64,000 nucleotides of DNA from the human T2T-CHM13v2.0 reference genome, Homo sapiens (GCF_009914755.1 NC_060939.1); one strand, 5' to 3'. Counted from the stretch's first letter, positions 15,540-29,330 are shown. Notes: a model not told the origin generated them from the letters alone. Made by a program: numbers and translations.

Positions 15540-18141
15540 TCACTTCAGAGGCAGGGACAGCAAGGAGCATGGGACAGGGGGATCCAGTCTATGTTGCATC
15601 AAAGTTTTGTTTTGTGTTTTGTTTTTCATTTTCAGATGAATAATTCAGTGGCTATGCCAAGGTTGAAATGTTTTCTGTTTTCAGTAAGATGTGAGAAAAG
15701 GAAATGAATTTTAATGAAATGTTTTGGTTTACTTTATCTGAGGTTTCCAGTGTAATGGGATTCCCACGCCCTAAACAGATGTCAGCTGTTTCATCCTCTT
15801 GCCTGAAAAAGGCAACAGAGAACTGGGGGGCTCCCCTGCTCAGCCCTCTTGCACTCGCCTCCCCCATTTCCCAGATGGGCAGGACTACCTGTGAGCGCAG
15901 CACTGGGAGAACTTTGAATGTCCCAGCCATTCAAAAAACTAAAAGTGCAAGTGATGATTATGATGTCTTCACAGATGCAGACCAACAGGTCTCCATAGGT
16001 GAGAGCAAAGCACCTGTTCCAGGTTCCTGGGGCCTGTGCATCCCTGCCCCGCCAGGAGGCTCAGACTTTGGCAGATGGCCCACGCTCTCTGAGCCAACGA
16101 CTCCCAGGAAGAACTTGAGTGTCATAAAATTCTGAAAACAAGATTTAAGGAGAGGTGGAGAAATGTGGCAAGATCTCTAAGGAGAAGGCAGAGCTGTCAG
16201 GTGGAGGTGATGTCACAGACGTCTGAAAATCTGCCAGAGCATGAGCTAACTTATAGCTGCGGGCTCAGGACATGTTTCTGAGCAGAAGTTTCTGAACTAA
16301 GTTGGCAACTAACAGACCACATAAATTCCCTTAAATGGGATTACTGATGGGATTCCTTCTGATTCAGTAAAACACCTGCCCAAAATGAGCTGTCATCAAT
16401 GGATCCATCAAAGGAATGATGCACTGAGCCCTTCCCAAGTGTTCGTGCAATTGGGGATGAAGAGGCAAAGATAACCAGACCCTGCCTGCAAGGGCTTATG
16501 AGAATATGCCTGTTGAGGCAGCGACCCTGCATGACAAACCAAAGAAAACCCAAAAAACTTCTGTAACCAAGTGCTCTTTGCCTAGATTCTCAGCTGCCAC
16601 CACCCCTGGGGTGTCGCCATGTCTAGAGACCCGAGTGAATATCTGAAAAGAAAAAAAGAAGAGTAGTTGTTGAAAGAACACAGCTATAAAAGATTTATGT
16701 GGCCACTGGGGTGTCATCAGAATTCTCTTTTCATATCCTTTGCCAGTTAAGATTTTCAAATCACATTCTGTATCATTGTTCCCCTGGTATGAAAAGGGTG
16801 AAGGTCTTTGTCCTGGTTTTACTGGTGATTTAGAGCACTGGGATTCCCAATCCCAGCTTCCCAGCAGCAACTATGCTTGGCTTTCCCGTACTGTGAGGGG
16901 GTTGTCCAGCGGGCAGAAAACCCGAACAGTGGAGGACTCTAACGAAAGCCACACCAGAGCCTCCCTTGCTCCTTCTAGTTCTCCAACAGGGGAAATGTCC
17001 CAAGCCTTCCTAGTGGAATGTGACTGTGTCACCTACCTTCCCAAAAGTGGCCAGCAAAATGAGAAATGCTGTTAGTCAACTTTCAATGTCCTCTCTGCCC
17101 AGTGCTTTGATTCCAACAGCCTGTAAATGCTGTTTCTACACTGGATTAGTCCTTCAACCCCACCGCACACGCTGTCTGCTGTACTCAATTTCATCAATCC
17201 GCATTACCTAGAGGCCAAGCAGACACCATCGTCCTCCCTTGCGGGTGAGAGGGTGATGGAGGGACCCTCAGGAGCCCAGCAGGAACAATGTCTATCTCCG
17301 CAGGCTTTGCAGAGATCCTGGAATATGATAATATGGCGGGCAGAGGCAGGTGGGAGAGGCATGTGTAGATCGGGCTCGAGGAATGGATCTGGTTAGGAAA
17401 AAAGGGATCAACAGAGCAAACGAAGCACTCCAGTGTGTAGACAGCTGCAACTAAGGGATGAATGAATCAATAAAAGCCTGTAGGAATGTAATATAATCCA
17501 GAAAAACACAGCTACCCCTTTCTCTGCCATTAGACAAGCTGATTCTCATTTACATGAGAGCAACAAACAAGAAAGACTGGACAGAAAAGCTGTGAAAAAA
17601 TACAATGAGAAGGAAAACTTCCCTGCAAATAGAACAGACTACAAAGCCTTCATAATTAAAACAGTGAGGAAATGGCCAAGTGTCCTCCAAAAATCCAGAA
17701 AGAGACCCAGAGACATACGGAAATGTATCTGGTGTCTCATTTCAGAGGAGGTAAATGTTAACATTTTAAATACATGGTGCTAGGACAAACGGATAACCAT
17801 CAAAAAGACAGAGCTGGATCCATACCTCACACTGTACATGAGGATAAATTCCAAATGGATTGAAATTTAAACATGACAAATTAAATTTTAACAGTGTAGG
17901 AAGAAAACATGAACGAATTTATTTGGAACTTTGGTGTAGAAAGGCCTGTCTTGATTTTAAAGATCCAGAAGCCACATACAAAAAAAAAAAAAATTGATTA
18001 TATAAAAATAAAAAGCTTCTAGAGAGGGAAAAATACCATAGCAAAGCCAAAAGGTAGGTAAATGAGAAAAAAACATTTTCAACTCTTACCTTCTTAATAT
18101 ATCAAGACTTCCTAGAAATTGAGAATATGAAAAACCTATAG

Positions 18142-18490
<349 letters not shown>

Positions 18491-18492
18491 AC

Positions 18493-18712
18493 TTTTTTTT
18501 TTTTTTTTTTTGAGAGAGGGTCTTGCTTTCATGCCCAGGCTGGAGTGCAGTGGCTCCATCACAGCTCACTGTAACCTCGAACTCCTGCGCTCAAGCAATC
18601 TTCCTGCCTCAGCCTCCTGAGTAGATAGGACTACAGGTGTGCACCACCACACCCAGCTAATTTTTAAAATTGTTTGGTAAAGACAGGGTCTCATTATGTT
18701 GCCCACGCTGGG
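18493..18712 (-). mobile_element. Alu (AluJ-like, 5'-truncated)
   Basis: T-tract, cacagctcactgtaacctcgaactcctg. Confidence 0.9.
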
Positions 18713-19379
18713 CTCTTAAATTTATAAAAGATGTTTGATGAAGAAAGTTTCAGAACACCCTACAGGTGTCTGGACAAACGTAGCTCATGGAAAGACAAAA
18801 TGGTTCCACTCTTGTGGAGGGCAATCTGGTACTTAAACATTTATCAGAATGGCTAATGTACTACTGTTGCCCGGTGATCCCACCTCTGGGAATTCAGTCA
18901 CAGCTGCACATGGACAAAATTATGCATGAACAAGATCCATCATCGTAACATTATCACAAGGAGGAATATTGGAAACATCTCAAGTGTCCATCAATGGGAC
19001 AGCGGTTAAATAAACCTTGTAACACTATGCAACTGTCAGAAAAAATGAATGAGGGGTGTTCTGTATCCTAATAAGGAAAATTCTCCATAGTATAGTCAGG
19101 GGGGAAAGCAAGTCTTAGAATAGTATGCTATCTTTTCTGAAAGAAAAGGGAGACATAAGATTGCATATTCATGTTGGCATGTATTTGCATAAACAACACA
19201 AGAATAATACACAGGAAACTAATAAAAGTGGTTATGGGGATGTGGGATGGAACAGAGTAGCCAGCGGTGGGGCAAGGACTGAGACTTTTGGTCTGCATCT
19301 GGTCCCGAAGGGGAATCCAAAGTCTTCCCAGAGGAACCAAGTGGATGAATTAAATTTCAAATTAAAAAAAAAACAACAG

Positions 19380-19710
19380 GGTTGGGCGTGGTGATGGTGG
19401 CTCACACCTGTAATCCTAGCACTTTGGGAGGCTGAGGCAGGAGGATCATTTGAGACCAGGAGTTCAACACCAGCCTGGCCTCAATATCAAATAGTGAGAC
19501 CCCCGTCTCTACAAAAATAAAGAAATTAACCTGGCGAGGTGGTGAACCTATAGTCCCAGGTACTTGAGAGGCTGAGAGGGGAGGATCACCTGGGCCCAGG
19601 AGTCGGAGGCTGTAGTGAGTTGTAATCACACCACTGCACTCCAGGCTGGGCGACAGAGCAAGACCTTGTTTCTAAAAACAAACAAACAAATAAACAAAAC
19701 AATAAAAACA
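19380..19710 (+). mobile_element. Alu (AluJ-like)
   Basis: gaggatcacctgggcccaggagtcggaggctg; (AAAC)n tail. Confidence 0.9.
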
Positions 19711-20050
19711 ACCAAGCAAGCAATCAAATTTAAAAAAGAAAAAGTCAGTAGGAAGAAATTCAAATGAGAAAGAACTTGCTCTGAATGTCTGCTCCATCCT
19801 CCAGATCTTTAATCTGAGTTCCATCCCTCATTCTGTCAAAACTCCACAAGGAGTTCCAAGTTTGGGGTTGGTGATTCCTGAGAAAATCGGTTACAGCTGA
19901 TTTGCAGGTTTAGCATGGCTATTTGTGCAGTCTAAACGTCCAAGCCAGATTTCTACAAGACAGTAAGATTACACCACAACGGCGGGAGCACACGTATATG
20001 TCTCTCCTATTTCTGATGTTATGTTGTAAATATTTAAAATAAAGCAATCC

Positions 20051-20388
<338 letters not shown>

Positions 20389-20739
20389 GCAATCCTTATG
20401 ATGTTTTAAAAGACTATGAAAGGTGTATTTACAGGGTAGTTCCTGCCGTGTTTTCTGAGCCGGTATCGCAGGGAAGGCTCTGCGTCAGACCTCAGGGCCC
20501 CCTTGCTACTAGGAGAACCAGCAAAGTCCCCGTGGGCTGGGTCTTCCCCGGCATGCTCAAGCCACTCACCTTCATATTCTGTGCCCTGGCCACGCAGGTC
20601 TGTTGATTTCTTGCCTTCACCTCTGCTCTGCTAGATACTGTTCACGCTGTTGTCTCCCTTCCCTCACTACCTGACAAGTTGACTTCTGTCCACACCTCAG
20701 GTCCCAGCTGAAGAGCCTCTCTTCACACAAAGCACACCT

Positions 20740-20915
20740 GTGGTTGCCAGGGCCTGGGGTGGGGGTCCTGGAAAATGACTGCTCAGCGGGACAGAATTTC
20801 TTTCTGGGTTGATAAAAATGTTCTGAAATTAGATAGTACTGATGGTTATAAAACTCTGTGAACTGCAAAACTTTAAGAGGTGAATTTTATAGTATGTAAA
20901 TAATACTAAATCATT
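20740..20915 (+). mobile_element. Old L1 3'-UTR fragment
   Basis: gtggttgccagggcctgggg...gataaaaatgttctgaaattagatagt...gtgaattttatagtatgtaaat. Confidence 0.7.
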
Positions 20916-20935
20916 CTTTAAAAATCCCTTCTTAA

Positions 20936-21247
20936 CCGGATGCAATGGCTCACACCTGTGGTCTTAGCTACTTAGGAGGCCGTGGTCGGAGGATTGCTTG
21001 AGGCCAGGAGTTCAAGATCAGCCTGGGCAACATAGTAAGATCTCCCATCTCTACCAAAAAAAAAAACCATTAAATTAAATTAGCTGGGCATTAGTGGCAT
21101 GCACCTATAGTCCCAGCTACTCAGGAGGCTGAAGTGGGAGGATCACCTGAGCCCAGGAGTTTGAGGCTGCAGAGAGCTATGATTGCACCACTGCACTCCA
21201 GCCTAGGTGACAGAGCCCTGTTTAAAAAAAAAAAAAAAAAAAAAAAA
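20936..21247 (+). mobile_element. Alu (AluJ-like)
   Basis: Dimer; TSD aaaaatcccttctt. Confidence 0.9.
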
Positions 21248-21369
21248 TCCCTTCTTCAAGGAAGTCCTCCTAGGTGCACCTGGACCCTCTACCTCAGAGG
21301 ACCCTGTGACATCCATTACAGCAGATACCACAATTATAGAGAGTAATGGTGTTACTGGTTACTAAATGC

Positions 21370-22740
<1,371 letters not shown>

Positions 22741-22984
22741 ATTATTTTCTAACACTCCCTTTATTAAACTGTAATATTCATGAAGAATATATTAATGAGC
22801 TACAAACATGCTTTACATTTCTAAATATTCTTAATGTATATCAAATACATAATAAGTACGTATATTTTGAAGAATATTCATATTCATTTAAAATATCTAA
22901 AAACTGGTTTAATGCAAGGCTTTGGTAAATTGCTAAGTTTGGTGAATTGTTTGGTGATTTAGCCATTCAGTGATTTGTTTTTTG

Positions 22985-23120
22985 CCCCGTGAGACAGATA
23001 GTTTTATCATTACTTCCAAGGGAAAACTGAGGTATAAGGTATGTAAACTATTTGTCCATGGTCAGAAAACCAGTAAGAAGAGCTATGATCTCAATCAAGA
23101 TCTTCTGATTCTAGCCATTA
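22985..23120 (-). mobile_element. MIR fragment
   Basis: gggaaaactgaggtataagg...atttgtccatggtcag. Confidence 0.6.
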
Positions 23121-23384
23121 TACTATATTGCTTCCTCACATACCTCCCATTAAAACTAAAGTTGACCATGAAATACCATCCAGCTATAACTTCACCAGAA
23201 ATGCTGCCTCGGTGAGAATGAATAGCCACATGGGACTACAGACCCCCGTCTACACACCTATGAGTCCAGCTCCCACTTCAGCCTAGTCATCAAGAATTAG
23301 AGATCACACGGAGGCAACCCATCAAATGCCCATCAAGTGTCCAAAGTGGTTCACTGGGTCCATGTTCTGAGCCAGGTTTTTGAT

Positions 23385-24011
23385 CATGTTAGGTTCATTC
23401 CTGCCTCAGGGCCTTTGCACACACAGTTTTTGTTGTTGTTGTTGTTGTTTTGGTTGTTTTTGTTTTTGAGATGGAATCTTGCTCTGTCACCCAGGCTGGA
23501 GTGCAGTGGCATGATCTCGGCTCACTGCAACCTCTGCCTCCTGGGTTCAAGTGATTCTCCTGCCTCAGCCTCCTGAGTAGCTGGGACTACAGGAACACGC
23601 CACCATGCCTGGCTAATTTTTGTATTTTTAGTAGAGACAGGGTTTCACCTTATTGGCCAGGCTGGTCTGAAACTCCTGACCTTGTGATCTGCCCACCTGG
23701 GCGTCCCAAAGTGCTGGGATTATAGGTGTGAACCACCGCACCCGGCCTGTTTTGTTGTTTTGTTTGGGCCTGGCTTTCCCCTCTGGCTTTTGAAATAACT
23801 CTTCCTCATGTTACCTCCTCAGAGAGGCTTTCCTTGACTACAATATCTAAAGTTACTCCTCCCAACCACTAACCATTGTCCTAGTGCTTTGTATTATTTC
23901 TATGCACCATTCATCCATCTATATTTCTTTCTTTCTCTTTTCTTCTATGTTATCAGCGACTTGTATAGAATAGATTCCTAATAAGTATTTATTAAGTTAT
24001 TGAAAGAATGA
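23385..24011 (+). mobile_element. L2 3' fragment, interrupted by an Alu
   Basis: cctgcctcagggcctttgcac; ttacctcctcagagaggctttccttgac; aataagtatttattaagttattgaaagaatga. Confidence 0.65.
23428..23747 (-). mobile_element. Alu
   Basis: Antisense dimer with (TTG)n tail. Confidence 0.95.
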
Positions 24012-24310
24012 GGCCAGGCACAGTGGTTCATGCCTGTAATCCCAGCAATTTGGGAGGCTGAGGCAGGCAGATCTCTTGATGCCAGGAGTTGGGATATCAG
24101 CCTGGGCAACGTGGCGAAACCCTGTCTCTACCAAAAAATACACAAATTAGCTGGGTGTGATGGTGTACGCCTGTAGTCCAGCTACTAGGGAGGCTGAGGT
24201 GGGAGAATCACTTGACCTCAGGAGGCGGAGGTTGCAGTGAGCTACAGTGGTGCCACTGTACTCCAGCCTGGATGACAGAGAGAGACCCTGTCTAAAAAAA
24301 AAAGGAAGAA
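24012..24310 (+). mobile_element. Alu
   Basis: Full dimer. Confidence 0.95.
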
Positions 24311-24605
24311 AAGCATGAAGAGATTAATCACAGTGCTAAGGACTCCTCTGAGGTCACATCCAGGCTCAGTGGGGCAGAGCACTGAGAAATGAGCCTGTGC
24401 TGTCATACGTAGGATGTGGGGAGGCCTGGCTCACCAGCACCTGAGAACCCTGACTTCCATATTATCCATAACGGGGGTACAGGCTAGGGCTTTCCCCCAT
24501 CAGCACCCAGCAACACACTACCATCTATCCATTCACAGGTGGGAGTCTCCAGGAGGGGAAGCAGGTAAGGCACAGGCAGGGCCCTGCGCAGGTGGAGACT
24601 GGTTT

Positions 24606-25075
24606 TGTGTCTGGGGTTTGTTCCTTCTGGTGGGTTCCTGGTCTCGCTGCCTTCAAGAATGGAACCGCAGACCTTCACAGTGAGTGTCACAGCCCTTACA
24701 GATGGCACAGACCCAAACAGTGAGCAGCCGCAAGACTTAATGTGAAGAGCAAAAGAACAGATATCCCACAACATGCAACGGGACCCAAGCAGGTTGCCTC
24801 TGCTGGCTGGGGGGTAGCCAGCTTTTATTCCCTTATCTGTCCCCGCCCATGTCCTGCTGATTGGTCCATTTTACAGAGTGCTGATTGGTCCATTTTACAA
24901 ACCTCTAGCTACAGAGCGCCTATTGGTGCATTTTTACAGAGCACTGATCGGTGCATTTTACAAACCTCTAGCTAGCTACAGAGCGCCCATTGGTGCGTTT
25001 TACAATCCTCTTGTAAGATATAAAAGTTCTCCAAGTTGCCACCCGACCCAGAAGTCCGGCTGGCTTCACCTCTCA
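24606..25075 (-). mobile_element. Solo ERV9 LTR (short LTR12 type)
   Basis: Minus strand begins TGAGAGGTGAAGCCAGCC and ends ...CCAGACACA; repeated ctgattggtccattttac (CCAAT) units; 4-bp TSD GTTT (24602-24605 / 25076-25079). Confidence 0.92.
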
Positions 25076-25466
25076 GTTTCGTGTTCTACTCCAATACCAT
25101 CTGTACACCTTCATGCGGGGATTAGGGATTTGACAGGTGAATAGGTTACTCAATAGCGTTCAGAGTTCATAAACCAAGACTCTACCTGCTTCCCACAGCC
25201 TGCGTTCATGGGAAAGAGGCAAGAAAATAAAACCAGCCTCAGCTATATCGAATCCTTTCCTTCCCCTCCCAAGTCATTAACAAAGACTGACACTGTAGTA
25301 TTTATCAAAAAATCTTGTTCCCTAAGTGGTGATACAGAATAATTATCTCAGCATGCAATCAGCTCAGCGATCTTCTTCAAAGCAATTTGTGGCAAGGATA
25401 TGCAGTTTTTAAATAGATTAAATTTTCAAGAGCTTGCCTCTGAAACCTGGTCAGAATGTATTTACA

Positions 25467-25475
25467 ACTCACCTG
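25467..25475 (-). other. Consensus 5' splice donor CAG|GTGAGT
   Basis: Plus strand actcacctg; in unique sequence next to the CpG island. Confidence 0.45.
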
Positions 25476-25632
25476 GTGAGATGATGCGTATCTTAAGCTG
25501 GAATTCTCTTTCGTTAGGTCTTGCTTAATTGAATCAAGCAAAGTCATTTTGGGATCGTCCCAAAAGAAACCCTTTTATCTCAAGGCAAATGTGTTTTAAC
25601 AAGGCCCTAAGGTGAATAAAAGCTAGGTTTCC

Positions 25633-25641
25633 ACTCACCGG
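25633..25641 (-). other. Consensus 5' splice donor CCG|GTGAGT
   Basis: Plus strand actcaccgg; preceded on the minus strand by purine-rich GAAAGGAGGAGCAGAGAG. Confidence 0.4.
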
Positions 25642-26049
25642 AGCTCTCTGCTCCTCCTTTCAAAAGCCTACCACTCTACTTCATTTGTTTTTCTTTTAAG
25701 TGAGGAAATTGCTTATGGAGTTAACTGTTGCCAGTGAAAGCAACAAGTTGCCTCTCCCCTCCTCTACTCTTAAGAAACACCTTGTTTCCCTCCCTCTCTT
25801 CCTTCCTTCTTTTAAAATAAATAAGTTATGCATAGCTGGAGCGTGCATGCAATGCTCAGGCGTGGTCCTGGTATAGCCAATAGCGTCATATTCAGCCCTG
25901 TTTAATTCCCACTGTCTTGGGTCTAGAATTTAGGCTTTTGAGAAATCTTTATTGAATTAATGAAAACTCAAAGACCACGATTCTGCATTCCCCCAAATCC
26001 TGAAGTGCAGTAGGAGCCCATGCAGGGCTTGGGACGGGCTTTTTGCCTC

Positions 26050-27250
26050 AGCAGCCAGGACAGCCTCTGCATCCGTGACCACCTCCCCGCCCCCCTCGCA
26101 TTCCCCCCCATCCCCTGGTGATATCCTTCTAGCGCAGGCTCGTGCTCTGGAGGCGGGGTGGGGCCGGGATTCTGCAGCTGTAACCAACTCCCCCGCTGGG
26201 GGCATGGGGCTGGTCCCTGGGGCGCACTCCAGCCTTAGAGAAGTTGTGACAGATAATTGACGTGATCGGGAGGGGCGTCCAGGCAGACCTCATGTGACTT
26301 CTAAAACCAACCCACAAATCTGAAGCGTGGCTTGCGTGGTCAGCCGCCTGCCTGGCACCCGGTGAACAGTTTCTCCCGGACTCTCTGCATCTAGCCCCAA
26401 AGAATCTAAGATTCTTTGTCTAGAAAAGTGCCCTGGTCTTCCCTGGCACCCTTCGCGGTGGGTTTCCTTGACTCCGCATAAACTCCCGTTCCAGCCCAAA
26501 TCAGAGGCGGTCGCAGCAGCCGTTCCTCGTCTCCATCAGCATCCGCGTTGCCATTTCCCCGTCCTGAGCTGTTGCTCATATCAAATGTCACTCGGGGATG
26601 ACTAAGAGCCGATGTTGATGAGGAGCCTTCAGCGTTACGGTAAAGGAGCTCGTGCAAACTTAGACCCCAGTCATCTGACGGTCACGTGGGCGGGCGTCGC
26701 GGCCCAGGCCCCCGCCTCCTCCGTCCTCCGCGATTCGGACATGACACGGTCCTCCGCGAAGGGCAGGCGTTACATAAACCCGGCGAGCTCACACCGTGCG
26801 GCGGGGAGCAGCGCGAACGCTCGACCCGGACACCTCCCTTCCAGGTCCCGTTCCGTAGGCGGGGCCGCTCCCGAGGCACAAGGAGGCCTGCGCGGCGCCC
26901 GAGGTGTCCGGATCCCAAAACAGGACCCCAGGAGTTTCTCACACTCAGGACTGGCCCCTAGTTGTCAATCCAGAAAAGGCATCCTCCGTCCTAGATCCAG
27001 CCTGTATTTCACGGAAAGCGTTTCCTCCCCCATCCCCAAAGCCGGCAGGGGTGGGGCGGAGAGGGGAGGCCCGGGGAGACTGACTCTATTATATAAACTT
27101 GTAATTGGCTCCGGTTCCTGCGGCTCGGGCGGCACTGCAGGACGTTTCCAACCAGATGGGTTGTGAGGCCCCGCGGCTTCCTCCTCTTCTTCCCTCCCCC
27201 TCCGCGCCCGTCCCCTGGCCAGCCAAGCCCCACCCTTCTGCCTTCCCAAG
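26050..27250. promoter_or_regulatory. CpG island / promoter
   Basis: Unique GC-rich sequence with dense CpGs (densest ~26440-27220) in a CpG-depleted background. CRE-like TGACGTGA 26258-26265, AP-1-like TGACTAA 26599-26605, GTCACGTG E-box 26681-26688, several GC boxes. Confidence 0.85.
27048..27108 (+). promoter_or_regulatory. GC-box/G4 motif + TATA box + inverted CCAAT
   Basis: GGGGTGGGGCGGAGAGGGGAGGCCCGGGG 27048-27076; TATATAAA 27090-27097; ATTGG 27104-27108. Confidence 0.55.
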
Positions 27251-27454
27251 GCTACCAGAATTTCCCTGTCTTTCCAGTCCTCCCCTGCACAGGAGATGGC
27301 ACCCAGAAAAGAAATGCATGATGATTTGAAAATGGTATTCCATTGTTAAACGAATGTATTCCCAGTCTGCTAGTCCTGGCTCCAGCTGACTCTTAGAATC
27401 AATCACCTCAGTAACTCAAATGTTCCAAGCTGGGAATCAGTCATCTCAGACCGG

Positions 27455-27760
27455 CATTCTCAAATGAGCTGGGCGTAGGGGGGTTGTCAAAACTCAGAGC
27501 GCTGAGCCCGACGCCCAGAATTATGTTCGATCGCTCTAGATTGGGCCCCAGAAATGTGTATTTCTTTCTTTCTTTTTAGAGGCAGGGTCTCCTTCTGTCG
27601 CCCAGGCTGGAGTCCAGTGGTGGAGTAATGGCTCACTGCAGCCTCCACCTCCTGGGCTCAAGCCATCCTCCTGCCTCGGCCTCCCTCATTATAGACATGA
27701 GCCACCACACCCAGCGAGGAAGGTGCATTTCTACAAGTTATCAAGTGATGCTGATGCTGT
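27455..27760. mobile_element. MER5-like hAT-Charlie MITE, interrupted by an Alu fragment
   Basis: gggccccagaaatgtgtatttct...gtgcatttctacaagttatcaagtgatgctgatgctg. Confidence 0.55.
27562..27714 (-). mobile_element. Alu fragment (AluJ-like, deleted)
   Basis: agaggcagggtctcc...ctcctgggctcaagccatcctcc. Confidence 0.85.
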
Positions 27761-27898
27761 GGAATAGTATACACAGGAGCAGGGTGGTGGTTTATATAAT
27801 TCTCCTTCCATTAAAAAGGTTTGCAAAACAAATTAATAGTGTGAACAGAATGTCAGGAAGACCAGCCTCCTCTCAGGGATTCTCTGGCAGTTTAGAAG

Positions 27899-29330
27899 TG
27901 AGAGGTGACAGCGTGCTGGCAGCCCTCACAGCCCTTGCTCGCTCTCGGCGCCTCCTCGGCCTTGGTGCCCACTCTGGCCACGCTTGAGGAGCCCTTCAGC
28001 CCGCCGCTGCACTGTGGGAGCCCCTTTCTGGGCTGGCCAAGGTCAGAGCCGGCTCCCTCAGCTTGCGGGGAGGTTTGGAGGGGGAGGCGCAGGCGGGAAC
28101 CGGGGCTGCGGGAGGTGCTTGCGGGCCAGCGCGAGTTCTGGGTGGGCGTGGGCTTGGCGGGCCCGCACTCAGAGCGGCCAGCCGGCCCCACCGGCCCCAG
28201 GCAGTGAGGGGCTTAGCACATGGGCCAGCAGCTGCTGTGCTCGACTTCTCACCGGGCCTTAGCTGCCTCCCTGCAGGGCAGGGCTCGGGACCTGCAGCCC
28301 GCCATGCCTGAGACTCCACCCCGCCTGCCATGGGCTCCTGCATGGCGCGAGCCTCCCCGAAGAGTGCCACCCCCTGCTCCACAGCGCCCAGGCCCATCGA
28401 CCACCCAACGGCTGAGGAGTACGGGCGCACTGCACAGGACTGGCAGGCAGCTCCACCTGCGGCCTCCGTGCAGGATCCACTGGGTAAAGCCAGCTGGGCT
28501 CCTGAGTCTGGTGGGGATGGAGAACCTTTATGTCTAGCTAAGGGATTGTAAATACACCAATCAGCACTCTGTATCTAGCTCAAGGTTTGTAAACACACCA
28601 ATCAGCACCCTGTGTCTAGCTCAGGGTTTGTGAATGCACCAATCAACACTGTATCTAGCTACTCTGGTGGGGACTTGGAGAACCTTTGTGTCCACACTCT
28701 GTATCTAGGTAATCTACTGGGGAGGTGGAGAACTTTTGTGTCTAGCTCGGGGATTGTAAATGCACCAATCAGCACCCTGTCAAAATGGACCAATCAGCTC
28801 TCTGTCAAAATGGACCAATCAGCTCTCTGTAAAATGGACCAATCGGCTCTCTGTAAAATGGACCAATCAGCAGCATGTGGGTGGGGCAGATAAGAGAAGA
28901 AACGCAGGCTGCGCGAGGTAGTAGTGGTAATCAGTGGGGTATGTTTCTAGGGTGTGCAAGGCCTTGGTCTTTCGCTCTTTGCAGTAAGTGTTGTTGCTGC
29001 TTTCTGTTTGGGTTCATGCTGCTTTTATGAGATGTAACACCGTGAAGGTGTGCAGCTTCATTCCTGAAGCCAGTGAGACCACAAACCCATCGGGAGAAAC
29101 GAGCAACTCCAGACATGCCGCCTAAAGAGCTGTAACACTCACCGCGAAGGTCTGCAGCTTCCCTCCTGATGTAACAAGATCACGAACCCACCAGAAGGAA
29201 GAAACTCCGAACACATCCGAATATCAGAGGGGACAAACTCTGAACACGCCGCCTTTAAGAACTGTAACAACGGGAGGGTCCGTGGCTTCATTGTTGAAGT
29301 CAGACCAAGAACCCACCAATTCCGGACACA
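27899..29330 (+). mobile_element. Solo ERV9 LTR, LTR12C-like (1432 bp)
   Basis: Starts TGAGAGGTGACAGCGTGCTGGCAG, CpG-rich 5' U3, CCAAT-containing tandem enhancer repeats (~28530-28870), ends AATTCCGGACACA; 4-bp TSD GAAG. Confidence 0.97.
28782..28870 (+). repeat. ~24-bp CCAAT (NF-Y) tandem repeat inside LTR12C
   Basis: aaaatggaccaatcagctctctgt, about 4 copies. Confidence 0.9.

Noticed and set aside
15652-16135. Overlapping 92-aa (-) and 143-aa (+) ORFs as possible exons
   Set aside because: No family similarity and only weak donor candidates; cannot be supported without RNA data
26612-27166. 184-aa plus-strand ORF in the CpG island
   Set aside because: R/G/A/P/S-rich composition typical of stop-poor GC-rich DNA; no homology recognised
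28530-28870. Repeat array superficially like CRISPR
   Set aside because: Tandem ERV9 enhancer repeats without unique spacers; eukaryotic DNA with no cas genes
27892-28893. Dense overlapping ORFs
   Set aside because: All lie within the GC-rich U3 of LTR12C; no gag/pol/env is present because it is a solo LTR
24606-29330. The two LTR12s as ends of one provirus or composite element
   Set aside because: Opposite orientations, different lengths and subtypes, and each has its own TSD
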